The notes beneath the pieces were generated by a model. It was not told the DNA's origin and did not search any database. It worked only from the letters and a program-made list of their open reading frames with translations. From NCBI GenBank assembly GCA_903845125.1, contig CAIMWS010000183.1, forward strand, positions 1-14,025: a stretch of 14,025 nucleotides of DNA, given 5' to 3'. Each line of letters opens with the position of its first letter. The first letter of the stretch is position 1. The translations under genes and the position numbers were made by a program. Source of the stretch: an uncultured Verrucomicrobiota bacterium (lineage in GTDB: Bacteria > Verrucomicrobiota > Verrucomicrobiia > Limisphaerales > UBA1319). Positions 1 to 7,751 of this stretch are shown here, piece by piece.

Positions 1-63
1 CACCGGAGATTGGCACTTTCGTTTGCATCCCCAGTGTAATGGGACATTCTGTCTCATTGTACA

Positions 64-78
64 AGGCAAATTTTGCCT
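64..78. repeat. 15-bp perfect palindrome AGGCAAA-T-TTTGCCT inside the AT-rich leader (1-130); possible protein-binding site or weak hairpin
   Basis: Read directly from the sequence: aggcaaa t tttgcct, 7-bp arms. It is followed by a T-rich tract (ttgcaactatttatacattatttctattctctttttcttg). Confidence 0.3.
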
Positions 79-141
79 AGTTGCAACTATTTATACATTA
101 TTTCTATTCTCTTTTTCTTGCCAATTTCTAAACGGCATTGA

Positions 142-400
142 CTCTAAGCTCTCCGCTCTAAGCTCCGCCCTCAGATCTCGGCTCCAAGCTCGGACCTCCG
201 ACTTCGGACCTCGGACCTCCGCCCTCCGCCCTCAGATCTCCGCCCTCGTTTTTTGCCTTTACTCCCAACTCTCAGCCCTAAGCTCTCGGCTCCAAGCTCG
301 GACCTACGACCTCGGACCTCGGACCTCCGCTCTAAGCTCTCCAAGCTGCCCCCGATTTTTCCTCCACGCTCTCGCCCTCCGCCCTCCGCCCTCGGATTTG
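142..400. repeat. Degenerate heptanucleotide tandem-repeat array (plus-strand consensus C-N-N-N-N-C-T). It contains an internal 50-bp direct duplication (175-224 vs 283-332, 47/50 identical) and T-run spacers.
   Basis: Manual phasing gives ctaagct|ctccgct|ctaagct|ccgccct|cagatct|cggct|ccaagct|cggacct|ccgactt|cggacct|cggacct|ccgccct|ccgccct|cagatct|ccgccct. A second block from about 266 has the same units. The spacers are cgttttttgcc (248-258) and ccgatttttcc (351-361). The repeats are direct, not inverted. Confidence 0.8.
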
Positions 401-838
401 ACTTTCCTCAAACATGAGCGACCTTACCCTCGTATTTGTAGCAGCCTAAGCGGCGCTTCCTTCCTGGAGCGCGGCGCGGGGGAACCAAACTCCCGGTTTG
501 GCAATGGTGGTTTTCACCAGGCGCTGGATCGGGACGGGGCGCATGACAGCGGGCAACCGCCAGTCAGGGCCACTTTCAAGGCCTAGCCCGTCAGCTAACC
601 TCGCCGGCAATTGGAAGGGCGATCCTCTGAGACCGCAAGTCGCGGCACTTAAGTTCACCCCGTAAAACGCACTGGCTGGGTTTGTTTCCAGGCCGTCCAA
701 AAACTGGCGCGCAGGCAGCCGTTGGCGGCGGCTTGGATTCCCGGGTCCAGTGGGAATCAGGCGGTGCCGTTATCGGTGGGCCAGGGTGCGTCAATCATCC
801 CCTCCCCGCCGTTCGCGGTCAGCCATTTGGATTACGAT

Positions 839-2599
839 ATGAAAAGCTTGATCGGTATGATATCTCCGGAGTTTTTTGGGTGGCTTGGTCTTTTCCTGGT
901 ATGCTTGGCTGCCAGCAGCCTCGTGCTGCTGGGGGCGGTTTTTATTCACGAGCGCCAGGTCGGCATTGTGGTGAAGAAATTTGGCTGGCAATCCCTGCCC
1001 GCGGGCCATTTGATCGCTCTGAACGGGGAACCCGGTTACCAGGCCGACACCCTGGCTCCGGGTTTGCATTTCAAATATTGGTTCTGGCAATACCGTGTCC
1101 TCAAGGTGCCGGTGCAGGTGGTGCCGCAGGGGGAAATCGCCCTGGTGGTGGCAGCCGATGGCGTCGCCATTCCCGCGGGCAGGATTCTGGGCCGCCTGGT
1201 CGAGTGCGACAATTTCCAGGATGCCCGCCTGTTCCTGGCCAACGGCGGCGAAAAAGGCCGCCAGCTCGGCATCCTCACCGCTGGCACCTATCGCATCCAT
1301 ACCGCCCTGTTCACCGTGATCACCAGCGTCCGGGCTCAGGATCACGGCATGGACCCAGCCCAGTTGCAGCTCCAGCGCGTCGATCCCGATCAAGTCGGCA
1401 TCGTCACCACCTTCGACGGCCACCCCATCCCGGAGGCCGAAATCGCCGGCCCCGTGATCCCGGCCCACGATAACTTCCAGAATGCCCAGGCTTTCCTGGA
1501 TGGCGGCGGCTGCCGGGGCCTGCAGGAGCAGATCCTTTTGTCCGGAACCTGGAATTTGAATCCCTGGTTCGCCCACGTCGAGCAGGTGCCCATGCTGCAG
1601 ATACCCATCGGCTCCGTGGGGGTGGTCATCTCCTTTGTGGGCATGGCCCACGAGGACGTCAGCGGGGTCGATTTCAAGCATGGGGACCTGGTGAATGCCG
1701 GGCATAAGGGCGTTTGGGTCACACCGCTCTACCCCGGCAAACACCCGCTGAACAGCCGGGTGATGAAAGTCGAGCTGGTGCCCACCACCAACATCGTCTT
1801 GAACTGGGCCACCCGCACCGAGTCCCATCGCTACGACGAAAAACTCATGTCCGTCACCGTTCGTTCCCGGGATGGTTTCGCCTTCAACCTCGACATATCC
1901 CAGATCATTCATGTGGGGGCGCTGGACGCCCCGAAGGTGATCTCCCGCGTCGGATCCATGCAAAACCTGGTGGATCACGTGCTGCAGCCCATTGTGGGCA
2001 ATTATTTTCGGAACTCCGCCCAGAATTACACCGTCCTGGATTTCCTGAGCGCGCGCAGCGAGCGCCAGCGGGAAGCTGCCGAACACATCCGTGCCGCGCT
2101 GGCGGCTTACGATGTCCAGGCCATCGACACGCTCATTGGCGACATCAACCCCCCCGCCCAGCTGATGCAGACGCAGACCGACCGCAAGCTCGCCGAGGAG
2201 CAGCGGAAAACGTTCGAAGTCCAGGAGGCCGCTCAAATGCAGCGCCAGCAACTGGTGCGTCAAACCGCCCTGGCCGAAATCCAGCAGCAGGTGGTGGGCG
2301 CCGAACAAGGCGTGCACATCGCCGAGCTGCAGGCCCAGGCGCATGTCAAGCAGGCCATCGGTGATGCCGAGGCCATCCGGGCCACGGGCCAGGCCCGCGC
2401 CGAAGCCTGGCAGGCCGGTGTTCAAGCCTTGGGCTCCCAGAGCTTCACCGCCCTGCAGCTCATGCAAGTCATCGGCGAACGCGGCGTGCGCATCGTGCCG
2501 GATGTCGCCGTCAGCGGCGCGGGTGGCACCACCGGCCTGGTCGATGGTTTGCTGGGCCTGGTTCTGAAAAACCAGGCAGCCGGCAGTAAGGCTTCCTGA
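839..2599 (+). CDS. Flotillin-like SPFH/band-7 family membrane-scaffold protein (YqiK/FloT-like), about 586 aa. The start at ATG 839 is inferred, with 857 as an alternative; the ORF-track extension to 722 is probably not translated.
   Basis: N-terminal hydrophobic segment FFGWLGLFLVCLAASSLVLLGAVFI, followed by R-x-VGIVVKKFG. A long SPFH-type body follows. The C-terminal Ala/Glu/Gln-rich coiled-coil region (QRKTFEVQEAAQMQRQQLVRQTALAEIQQQVVGAEQG...AEAIRATGQARAEAWQAG) is typical of bacterial flotillins. Length and domain order match YqiK/FloT. Confidence 0.8.
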   Translation: MKSLIGMISPEFFGWLGLFLVCLAASSLVLLGAVFIHERQVGIVVKKFGWQSLPAGHLIALNGEPGYQADTLAPGLHFKYWFWQYRVLKVPVQVVPQGEIALVVAADGVAIPAGRILGRLVECDNFQDARLFLANGGEKGRQLGILTAGTYRIHTALFTVITSVRAQDHGMDPAQLQLQRVDPDQVGIVTTFDGHPIPEAEIAGPVIPAHDNFQNAQAFLDGGGCRGLQEQILLSGTWNLNPWFAHVEQVPMLQIPIGSVGVVISFVGMAHEDVSGVDFKHGDLVNAGHKGVWVTPLYPGKHPLNSRVMKVELVPTTNIVLNWATRTESHRYDEKLMSVTVRSRDGFAFNLDISQIIHVGALDAPKVISRVGSMQNLVDHVLQPIVGNYFRNSAQNYTVLDFLSARSERQREAAEHIRAALAAYDVQAIDTLIGDINPPAQLMQTQTDRKLAEEQRKTFEVQEAAQMQRQQLVRQTALAEIQQQVVGAEQGVHIAELQAQAHVKQAIGDAEAIRATGQARAEAWQAGVQALGSQSFTALQLMQVIGERGVRIVPDVAVSGAGGTTGLVDGLLGLVLKNQAAGSKAS

Positions 2600-2611
2600 A
2601 AAGCCCCCACG

Positions 2612-2640
2612 CCAGGCTTGCCTGGCCGGAACGTTATTCT
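2612..2640 (+). terminator. Candidate stem-loop after the flotillin gene: GCCAGG-CUUG-CCUGGC (6-bp stem, CUUG tetraloop) followed by a U-rich but interrupted tract. Possible weak terminator or attenuator ahead of the kinase gene.
   Basis: Palindrome gccaggcttgcctggc at 2611-2626, then cggaacgttattcttattctc. The U-tract is not contiguous, so termination would be partial at best. Confidence 0.25.
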
Positions 2641-2741
2641 TATTCTCACCCGGGCCTGGGAATGGCAAACGCCTCTGTTTGGCGGCACGCACGCTCCCGG
2701 GCTCGGGCTGGCATGGCGTCAGGCAAGGCCCGGATTACGAT

Positions 2742-5696
2742 ATGCGGGAATCCAAAATAAAAGTGCTGGCCATCGACGACCACCAGGATAATTTGAACTT
2801 CCTGGGAGCGGTTATCGCCGCCCAGCTGCCGGGTTCCGAGTTCCTCATGGCCACCAACGGCTCCGCTGGGTTCACCCTGGCCATCTCCCGGGATCCGGAC
2901 GTAATCCTGCTGGATATCCTCATGCCTGAACCGGACGGATTCGAAACCTGCCGCCAGCTCAAATCCCATGCGCGCCTGCGGTGGGTGCCGGTCATATTCC
3001 TGACCGCCCTTCAATCCGAGCCAGAGATTCGCATCAAGGCTTTGGAATCTGGCGCTGATGGCTTTCTCACCAAGCCCTGCGACATCATCGAATTGACCGC
3101 CCAGATCCGGTCCATGGCGAAGCTCAAGGCGGCCAGTGTCGCCTTGGAAAGGGAAAAGGAGCGGTTGTCGGTCTTGGTGGCCGACCGCACCCATAAGCTG
3201 GAGCTCGAGCTGGCGGAGCGCCTGCGTGCGGAGGCGGCCTTGCGCGCCAACAACGAGGAATTGACCCGTTTCAACCAGGCCGCCGTGGGGCGCGAATTGC
3301 GAATGCTCGAGTTGAAGGAGGAGATCCAGGGTTTGCGCCAGCGGCTGGGTGAGGCTCCCCATCCGGAGGCCAGTCCCGGTCCTGATCCCGCTTCCCACGG
3401 CGGCCCTCTGAGCACCCAGCCTCCATTCCCCGGCTTGGCCGAAACCTTTTCCGGCCCGGAACGGATTTTTCAAACCGTCCAGGATCTGGCGATCCACCAG
3501 CGCGCCTGCCTCATTTACGAGACTCCGGAGGAGCGCCTCGATCCCTTGGTGCTTTTTGTGCGGACCGGTTTGGACCGCGGTGACCGCTGCCTCTGCCTCA
3601 CCGGAGTCATTAACGATGGGCAGCTTTCCGGCGCTTTGCGCGCTGGCGGTGTCGCTCTCGAAAAAGCTTTGCATTCCGGGGCTTTGCAATTGGCCCCGGC
3701 GGATTACCTCCTCCAAAATGGCCTGCACCTTCCTGGTGCCATGGTTCGCTTCCTCAACCAGGAAATTCGGGCGGCCCGGCAGGCGGGATTCCCGGTTTTG
3801 CGGATTGCCTGCGATGGTGCCTGGATTCCCGGCAGCGATCCGGAGGGAAAGCAACTGCGGGATTATGAGGCGCGGCTGAACGCCTTTTTCGCCGAGCGGG
3901 ACGTCCTGGCCCTCTGCTTGCATGCCCGTCAAAACCTGCAACCGGAGCAGCTCAAAATCCTCCTGGAGGCGAATCCGCTCATCGTCTGCGGTGGGGTGGT
4001 GAACGACAACCGGTTTTACCTCCCTCCCGGGGAATCCGCCGGTGTGCCAGACGCCCGCCGGCAGGTGAACTGGATGCTCGCTCAGTTGCGGGACCGCACC
4101 GTTTACCAGCGGCGCATCCACGAGAGCCAGGCCGCTCTGGAGGACGCCAATGCCTTCCTCCAGAATGCCCGGCGGGCCGCCTTGAATCTCATGGAAGACG
4201 CCCTCCTGGCACAGCGAAAAGCCGAATCCGCACTGGTTTCCGCCCGGCAGAGTGAGGAGCGGTTCCGGCTCCTGGTCGAAAATGTGTCCGATGTCATCTG
4301 GGTGCTCGACCCGGAGCGGAATTGCTTCAACTATGTGAGCCCCACCGTGCAGCGCCTGCGCGGTTATTCCGCCGCGGAAGTCCTGCAGCTGGATGTGAAG
4401 CAATCGTTCACTCCCGCCTCCTGGGCCCATCTGCAAAAGGTCATTCCCGGGCGGCTGGCCGATTTCCTCCAGGGCAAGGAGCACATCTACACCGATGAGC
4501 TCGTGCAGCCCCACCGCAATGGCACCATGGTCTGGACGGAAACCTCCAGCCTTTTCCAATTCGCTGAGGGCGGGCGCATTGTCATTTACGGCGTCTCCCG
4601 CGATATCAGCGAGCGCAAGCGCATGGAGGAATCCTTGCGGGAAAGCCAGGAACGCTACCAGTTGCTGGTGGAGACCGCCAACGAGGGGATCTGGGCCATC
4701 GATCATGAAATGCGCACCATTTATGTCAACCAGGCCATGGCCGACATGCTCGGCTTTGAAATGCGCGAGATCTATGGCCTGAAAACCGGGGCTTTCCTCT
4801 TTGAGGAAGACTTGGCGCCGGCCCAGGAGCGCCTGCACCTGCACGGCTTGGGCCTCGATGAGGTTTATGAACGGCGCTTCAAGCGCCGCGATGGCTCCAC
4901 CTTGTGGACCCTGGTTTCCGCCAAGGCCCTCAAGGATAAAAATGGGCTCTTTAAAGGCTCCTTCGCCATGTTCACCGATATCACCGGCCGCAAGCTGGCC
5001 GAAGATGAAGTGCGCGCCTCCCGGGAACAGCTCCGGGCCCTCGCCGCCCGGGTGCAGGCCGCGCGCGAGGAGGAGCGGACCACCATCGCCCGGGAAATCC
5101 ACGATGTCCTCGCCCAGGAACTCACCCGCCTCAAAATCGATTTAACCTGGGTCAAACGCCGGCTCGGCCGGCTCGGCATTCCGGAGGCCACCGGGCTGTT
5201 GGATAGCCGCCTCGCGGAGATGCTGCAGATAGCCGATACCGCCATCGGGTGCGTCCAGCGGATTGCCACCGAGCTGCGGCCGGTGGTCCTCGACAGCCTC
5301 GGCCTGGCGGCCGCCATCGAATGGCACGTGCGCGATTTTGAGAAACGCACCGGCCTCCATTGCGCGGTCAGCGTCCCCGCCACCGAACTGCCCCTGGCGC
5401 GGGAGGGCGCCACCGCGGCTTACCGCATCCTGCAGGAGGCCATGACCAACATCGTTCGCCACGCCCAGGCCAGCGCCGTGGAGGTGGTCCTGCGCCACGA
5501 GGCCGGCGAAGCCGTGCTGGTGGTCCAGGACGACGGGCAAGGCATCCACGCCGCTGCCCTGGCCGATCCCCACTCCATCGGCCTGGCCGGAATGCGCGAG
5601 CGCGCCCTGATCCTGGGGGGGCATTTCGAACTGCGCAGCGAGCCCGGCGCCGGCACCACCGTCGAGGCACGCATCCCCCTCGCCGGGCCAGCCTAG
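2742..5696 (+). CDS. Hybrid two-component signalling protein: N-terminal response-regulator receiver (REC), coiled coil, MEDS-like domain, two PAS domains, HisKA_3 (NarX/DegS-type) dimerisation/phosphoacceptor domain and HATPase_c. No transmembrane segment seen. The start at ATG 2742 (MRESKIKVLAIDD) is inferred; the ORF track's TTG at 2679 is in frame but less likely.
   Basis: REC: KVLAIDDHQDNL...ILLDILMPEPDGFETCRQLK...PVIFLTAL...LESGADGFLTKP, with the expected Asp pocket, phospho-acceptor Asp and Lys. Coiled coil: LEREKERLSVLVADRTHKLELELAERLRAEAALRANNEEL. PAS-like: SEERFRLLVENVSDVIWVLD... and SQERYQLLVETANEGIWAIDHEMRTIYVNQAMADMLGF...FKRRDGSTLWTLVSAK. HisKA_3 H-box: REEERTTIAREIHDVLAQELTRLKIDL. 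HATPase_c: ILQEAMTNIVRHAQAS...VQDDGQGI...GLAGMRERALILGGHFELRSEPGAGTTV. Confidence 0.85.
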   Translation: MRESKIKVLAIDDHQDNLNFLGAVIAAQLPGSEFLMATNGSAGFTLAISRDPDVILLDILMPEPDGFETCRQLKSHARLRWVPVIFLTALQSEPEIRIKALESGADGFLTKPCDIIELTAQIRSMAKLKAASVALEREKERLSVLVADRTHKLELELAERLRAEAALRANNEELTRFNQAAVGRELRMLELKEEIQGLRQRLGEAPHPEASPGPDPASHGGPLSTQPPFPGLAETFSGPERIFQTVQDLAIHQRACLIYETPEERLDPLVLFVRTGLDRGDRCLCLTGVINDGQLSGALRAGGVALEKALHSGALQLAPADYLLQNGLHLPGAMVRFLNQEIRAARQAGFPVLRIACDGAWIPGSDPEGKQLRDYEARLNAFFAERDVLALCLHARQNLQPEQLKILLEANPLIVCGGVVNDNRFYLPPGESAGVPDARRQVNWMLAQLRDRTVYQRRIHESQAALEDANAFLQNARRAALNLMEDALLAQRKAESALVSARQSEERFRLLVENVSDVIWVLDPERNCFNYVSPTVQRLRGYSAAEVLQLDVKQSFTPASWAHLQKVIPGRLADFLQGKEHIYTDELVQPHRNGTMVWTETSSLFQFAEGGRIVIYGVSRDISERKRMEESLRESQERYQLLVETANEGIWAIDHEMRTIYVNQAMADMLGFEMREIYGLKTGAFLFEEDLAPAQERLHLHGLGLDEVYERRFKRRDGSTLWTLVSAKALKDKNGLFKGSFAMFTDITGRKLAEDEVRASREQLRALAARVQAAREEERTTIAREIHDVLAQELTRLKIDLTWVKRRLGRLGIPEATGLLDSRLAEMLQIADTAIGCVQRIATELRPVVLDSLGLAAAIEWHVRDFEKRTGLHCAVSVPATELPLAREGATAAYRILQEAMTNIVRHAQASAVEVVLRHEAGEAVLVVQDDGQGIHAAALADPHSIGLAGMRERALILGGHFELRSEPGAGTTVEARIPLAGPA

Positions 5697-5905
5697 TCCG
5701 TGGCTTATACCATCCTGCATTGGATCTCTGCGCCGGCCCGCCCCTTGGAACTTGCCCGCTTGAGCGCCTGGAAGTTGTGTCCCGGCTGCACCCAATTCCA
5801 ACCGGGAAAGCGCCGCCGGCCAGCGTTCTCCAGAACCTGGCGTAGACCTCCCCGTGCCGGATGCGCTGCGGACCAGCAGCTCTCCCGCTTTGTCCGGGAG
5901 GCCTT

Positions 5906-5933
5906 CAGCACTACTCCCGCAGCACTACTCCCG
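5906..5933. repeat. Perfect tandem duplication of the 14-mer CAGCACTACTCCCG in the gap between the convergent genes
   Basis: The two units at 5906-5919 and 5920-5933 are identical. Confidence 0.9.
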
Positions 5934-6003
5934 CATTGCCTTTCCCCTTAAAAAACACCACGGATTACACAGATTACCCGGATCTGAACCCATGCCTTTT
6001 TTT

Positions 6004-6027
6004 CCGTGTGATCCGTGTGATCCGTGG
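6004..6027. repeat. Tandem 9-mer CCGTGTGAT x2 plus a partial third unit (CCGTGG), flanked by a T7 run (5997-6003) and TTTTTGCTTTTG
   Basis: Read from sequence: units at 6004-6012 and 6013-6021, partial unit at 6022-6027. Confidence 0.9.
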
Positions 6028-6084
6028 TTTTTGCTTTTGTATCCACAGCGGCGCCTCCCATCCAAATCGCAGCTATGGCTCCCG

Positions 6085-6124
6085 ACAAAAAAATTCCCGG
6101 CGATGACTCGAAATCACCGCCGGG
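6085..6124 (-). terminator. Candidate Rho-independent terminator for the minus-strand PQQ-like gene: stem CCCGGCG/CGCCGGG (6096-6102 with 6118-6124), an inner extra 3 bp (TGA/TCA), then U7 on the minus strand (plus-strand A7 at 6087-6093)
   Basis: The inverted repeat and the adjacent poly-A/T run were read directly. It lies about 45 nt downstream of the stop at 6167 on the transcribed (minus) strand. The loop is rather large (15 nt, with possible internal pairing). Confidence 0.45.
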
Positions 6125-6166
6125 ATGGAAAAATTCACCGCGTCCGCCGGATGGCGGCACCGCCGG

Positions 6167-7414
6167 TTATTTGATCCGGTAACTGAGCAAAACGTCCTGG
6201 TCCCGGATATAAAGATTGCCTTGGGAGATGACCGGGTGCGGCCAGCTATTCTTGCTGCTGCGGGCGGGTTGGTTGAAGCGGCTCTTCTCGGTGAAGCCGG
6301 CGGGGGTGGCCTCTGCCAGCACCACGGTGCCATCCCCTTCTTCGGCGCGCAGGTAGAGCATGCCTTCGGCGGCGCAGATGGAGCCTTTCTTGAGCTTGTT
6401 CTTCTCGGCCCAGACCACCTTGCCGGTTTTGAATTCCTGGCAGACCCAGCCCCGCTTGTCCGAGTGGCCATACAGATGGTCGCCGATCAGCACCACCCCG
6501 CCGTGGTGATTGTCGAAATCCTTGTGGGCATAAACTTGTTCCGCCTGGAAGGCATCGCCCGTTTTGGAGATTTTGAACAAATTGCAGCCGGCTTTGTAAC
6601 CGGAAGTCACGAAAACATGATGATCCTTGTAGATGGGGGTGGGGATGACCGCCACCTCCCCCTTGCGCGCGGCCTGCCAGAGGATCTTGCCATCCGTGCC
6701 CACGCCCACGACATGGGCACCCGTCAGCTGGATGTATTGCCGCACTCCGTCGATTTCCGCCACGATGCACGAGGAATACTGGGCATTGTCCGTGCAGTCC
6801 TTGGTGCGCCAGATCTCCGCGCCGGTCTTTTTATCGAAGGCAGCCAGGGTGCCTTTTGGCCCGCCCGGGGTGCAGATGACTTTCTCGCCGTCCACCAGGG
6901 GGGATTCCGCAAAGCCCCACTCCGGCATGGGTCCATTCAAATCCGCAACCAGGCTTTTTTGCCACGTTATTTTGCCGGTGGCCTGCTCCAGGCACGCAAA
7001 CTCCCCATACTGGCTCAGCACATAAACCGCTTCGCCGTCGATGGTGGGCGTGGCGCGCGGCCCTGCAAAGCCGCCCCAGCCGGGCGCTCCCGCCTTGCCG
7101 AGGCGGGTGGACCACAGGATCTTCCCGCTTTGGGCATCCAGGGCGTGCACAAAGCTGCCCTCCGAAGTCTCTCCCATGGTATAAAGGCGCCCGCCCAGCG
7201 CGGCCACACCCGAGTAGCCGGCGCCGATGCCCGTCGTCTTCCAATTCAACGCCGGGCCATTGGCCGGCCATTCCTTAAACAGGCCGGTTTCAATCGAAAT
7301 CCCATCGCGTTGGACACCGCGCCATTGGGGCCAGTCCCCGGCGGCGGCTTGGGCAAAGTTGGCCAGGGCGAGCGTTCCGCCCAATATTGATGCGAGTAAT
7401 TTCATCCTGATCAT
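6167..7414 (-). CDS. Secreted PQQ-like beta-propeller repeat protein (PQQ_2/PQQ_3-type, BamB-like fold), 415 aa with an N-terminal signal peptide. Alternative start at 7405.
   Basis: Signal peptide MIRMKLLASILGGTLALANFAQAAAGDW. Recurring beta-propeller blade motifs: DWPQWRG, G..LY..G..G.(V/F).ALDA.SGKILW, GEAVYVLSQYGEFACLEQATGKITW, AFDKKTGAEIW, GTDGKILW, CQEFKTGKVVW, ISQGNLYIRDQDVL. Confidence 0.85.
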   Translation of the reverse strand: MIRMKLLASILGGTLALANFAQAAAGDWPQWRGVQRDGISIETGLFKEWPANGPALNWKTTGIGAGYSGVAALGGRLYTMGETSEGSFVHALDAQSGKILWSTRLGKAGAPGWGGFAGPRATPTIDGEAVYVLSQYGEFACLEQATGKITWQKSLVADLNGPMPEWGFAESPLVDGEKVICTPGGPKGTLAAFDKKTGAEIWRTKDCTDNAQYSSCIVAEIDGVRQYIQLTGAHVVGVGTDGKILWQAARKGEVAVIPTPIYKDHHVFVTSGYKAGCNLFKISKTGDAFQAEQVYAHKDFDNHHGGVVLIGDHLYGHSDKRGWVCQEFKTGKVVWAEKNKLKKGSICAAEGMLYLRAEEGDGTVVLAEATPAGFTEKSRFNQPARSSKNSWPHPVISQGNLYIRDQDVLLSYRIK

Positions 7415-7439
7415 ATACTATAAATGATAATGTATTAAA

Positions 7440-7452
7440 CCGTTTAAAACGG
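7440..7452. promoter_or_regulatory. 13-bp perfect palindrome CCGTTT-A-AAACGG in the AT-rich region just upstream (about 26 nt) of the PQQ-like gene start. Candidate operator or promoter element.
   Basis: Read from sequence: ccgtttaaaacgg. The surrounding tatactataaatgataatgtattaaa is the only strongly AT-rich stretch in the 7415-7751 gap. Confidence 0.3.
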
Positions 7453-7751
7453 CATCCTCTAAGTATCAGGCCTGCCCAATGTTGGCAATTCCAAAGCGGG
7501 GCCGCCTCCACCACCTGCCAAATCCAGCCCTGCCGTATCCCCGGCAGACCAGGAAGCGCGCGCGAGCTTTGGGTTTGCGGCCCCGCGGCCCCGCTTGGGA
7601 TTTTATTCTTCCTATCCGCATCCACCGGGCGACTTGCGGTCCGTAGGTTGGATTTTACCAGGCTGAACTGGAAAACAGCCGTGCTATCCAATCTATCCGG
7701 AAAAGTATTGATTCGGGTTCAAGTCCAAAGCCGTTCTTGTCTCCTCTTCTT

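Noticed and set aside
81-108. Possible sigma70-like promoter (TTGCAA ... TCTATT) in the AT-rich leader
   Set aside because: The spacing and the -10 element are poor, and any hexamer pair can be found in AT-rich DNA. It is not supportable without TSS data.
401-414. Minus-strand GAGGAAAGTC resembling the RNase P RNA GAGGAAAGUCCGGGC box; also GCCACT (565-570) resembling a cobalamin-riboswitch B12 box
   Set aside because: Matches are limited to 6-10 nt. The following conserved nucleotides diverge, and there is no supporting secondary structure.
436-470. Minus-strand CCAGGAAGGAAGCGCC resembling the SRP (4.5S) RNA domain IV GGAAGGAAGCAGCC motif
   Set aside because: Only a partial match, with no convincing flanking helix or the conserved paired internal loops. 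It is probably chance in a GC-rich 5' region. It would need a cmscan against Rfam SRP_bact to revive.
23-586. 187-aa plus-strand ORF spanning the AT-rich leader and the heptamer repeats (repetitive S/A/L/R translation)
   Set aside because: The translation is a by-product of the 7-nt repeats. The ORF also runs through compositionally unrelated GC-rich sequence and has no protein-like domain. It is treated as non-coding repeat DNA.
682-1473. 263-aa plus-strand ORF and the 722 upstream extension of the flotillin ORF
   Set aside because: Out-of-frame or N-terminal read-through in GC-rich DNA. The flotillin transmembrane segment begins right after ATG 839, which is the more plausible start.
791-2692. 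633-aa minus-strand ORF antisense to the flotillin gene. The same applies to 2646..5102(-), 6125..7390(+), 8271..9476(+), 9476..10741(+), 10775..11434(+) and the many 60-220-aa ORFs nested in the genes.
   Set aside because: Low-complexity Arg/Gly/Pro/Ala-rich translations with no motifs. These are typical stop-codon-poor antisense frames of GC3-rich genes, and each is fully overlapped by a well-supported gene on the other strand.
7713-7730. GGGTTCAAGTCC T-loop-like motif, a possible tRNA or tRNA 3' remnant acting as an integration site
   Set aside because: The flanking bases cannot form a T-stem (TCGGG vs CCAAA) and no acceptor stem or anticodon arm can be drawn. It is not a tRNA.
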